Assembly: GCA_039030315.1 (NCBI GenBank)
Contig: JBCCEL010000001.1
Coordinates: 9,714-73,713 of the forward strand
DNA: 64,000 nucleotides
Direction of reading: 5' to 3'
DNA from: Pseudomonadota bacterium
GTDB lineage: Bacteria > Pseudomonadota > Alphaproteobacteria > Rhizobiales > CAJQND01
Below the pieces are notes generated by a model. It saw nothing but the letters and a program-made list of their open reading frames with translations, searched no databases and was not told the DNA's origin. A program made the translations under genes and the position numbers. This document shows, piece by piece, positions 63,922 through 64,000 of the stretch (its first letter is position 1; every line of letters begins with the position of its first letter).

Positions 63922-63944
63922 ATAGGTAAGCAATGCTTACATAT
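63922..63944. promoter_or_regulatory. 23-bp palindrome (operator-like) upstream of the oxidoreductase gene
   Basis: ATAGGTAAGCA-A-TGCTTACATAT: 11-bp arms with one mismatch and a perfect core GTAAGCAATGCTTAC (63926..63940), 37-51 nt upstream of the ATG at 63889. Confidence 0.45.
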
Positions 63945-64000
63945 TTTTGGGCGAACCGTCAAATCACACCTCTGCGACTCGCCAGCAAGCACGCCGAGCC

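Overview
High-GC window that looks alphaproteobacterial. This is inferred from gene order only (DUF4164-like/zapA, then tkt-gap-pgk-class I fba-ThiE-like-Sel1-efp-suhB); no search was run. It splits into two parts.

**Accessory part, about 1-30100.** It has no recognisable housekeeping genes and contains three unusual modules.
1. Two translationally coupled giant ORFs (2470 aa and 1960 aa, 13.3 kb together). I recognise no catalytic motif in them. They sit behind a 27% GC promoter island and face a leaderless GH18-like gene.
2. A TIR-domain gene overlapping (ATGA) a 1301-aa STAND P-loop NTPase. That protein carries a hydrophobic segment, an Arg-rich coiled coil and about 14 WD40 repeats.
3. 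A four-gene minus-strand operon with overlapping stops and starts: a soluble histidine kinase, a REC-GAF-histidine kinase, a REC protein whose C-terminus carries an RNxxxH (HEPN-like) motif, and a membrane-inserted KAP-family P-loop NTPase. It has no DNA-binding output. I read it as a candidate defensive phosphorelay (Detocs-like logic with a different effector set) and the best candidate here for an undescribed system.

**Ordinary metabolic and core part, about 30200-64000.**
- NOX/ferric-reductase-like flavoprotein.
- phaC, coupled to an ackA that carries an in-frame TAG.
- A HlyD/RbbA-like/YhhJ-like ABC-2 exporter.
- An IS110-family element whose transposase carries an in-frame TAA.
- AraC regulator, Tat-signal isochorismatase-like hydrolase, SDR, dps and an alpha/beta hydrolase.
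- tRNA-Lys(CUU), zapA, the glycolytic/pentose-phosphate cluster, efp and suhB.
- A MotA/MotB-like pair, a CBS protein and a fused indolepyruvate:ferredoxin oxidoreductase.

All calls come from reading the supplied translations and the DNA by eye. No database search, structure prediction or statistics were run.
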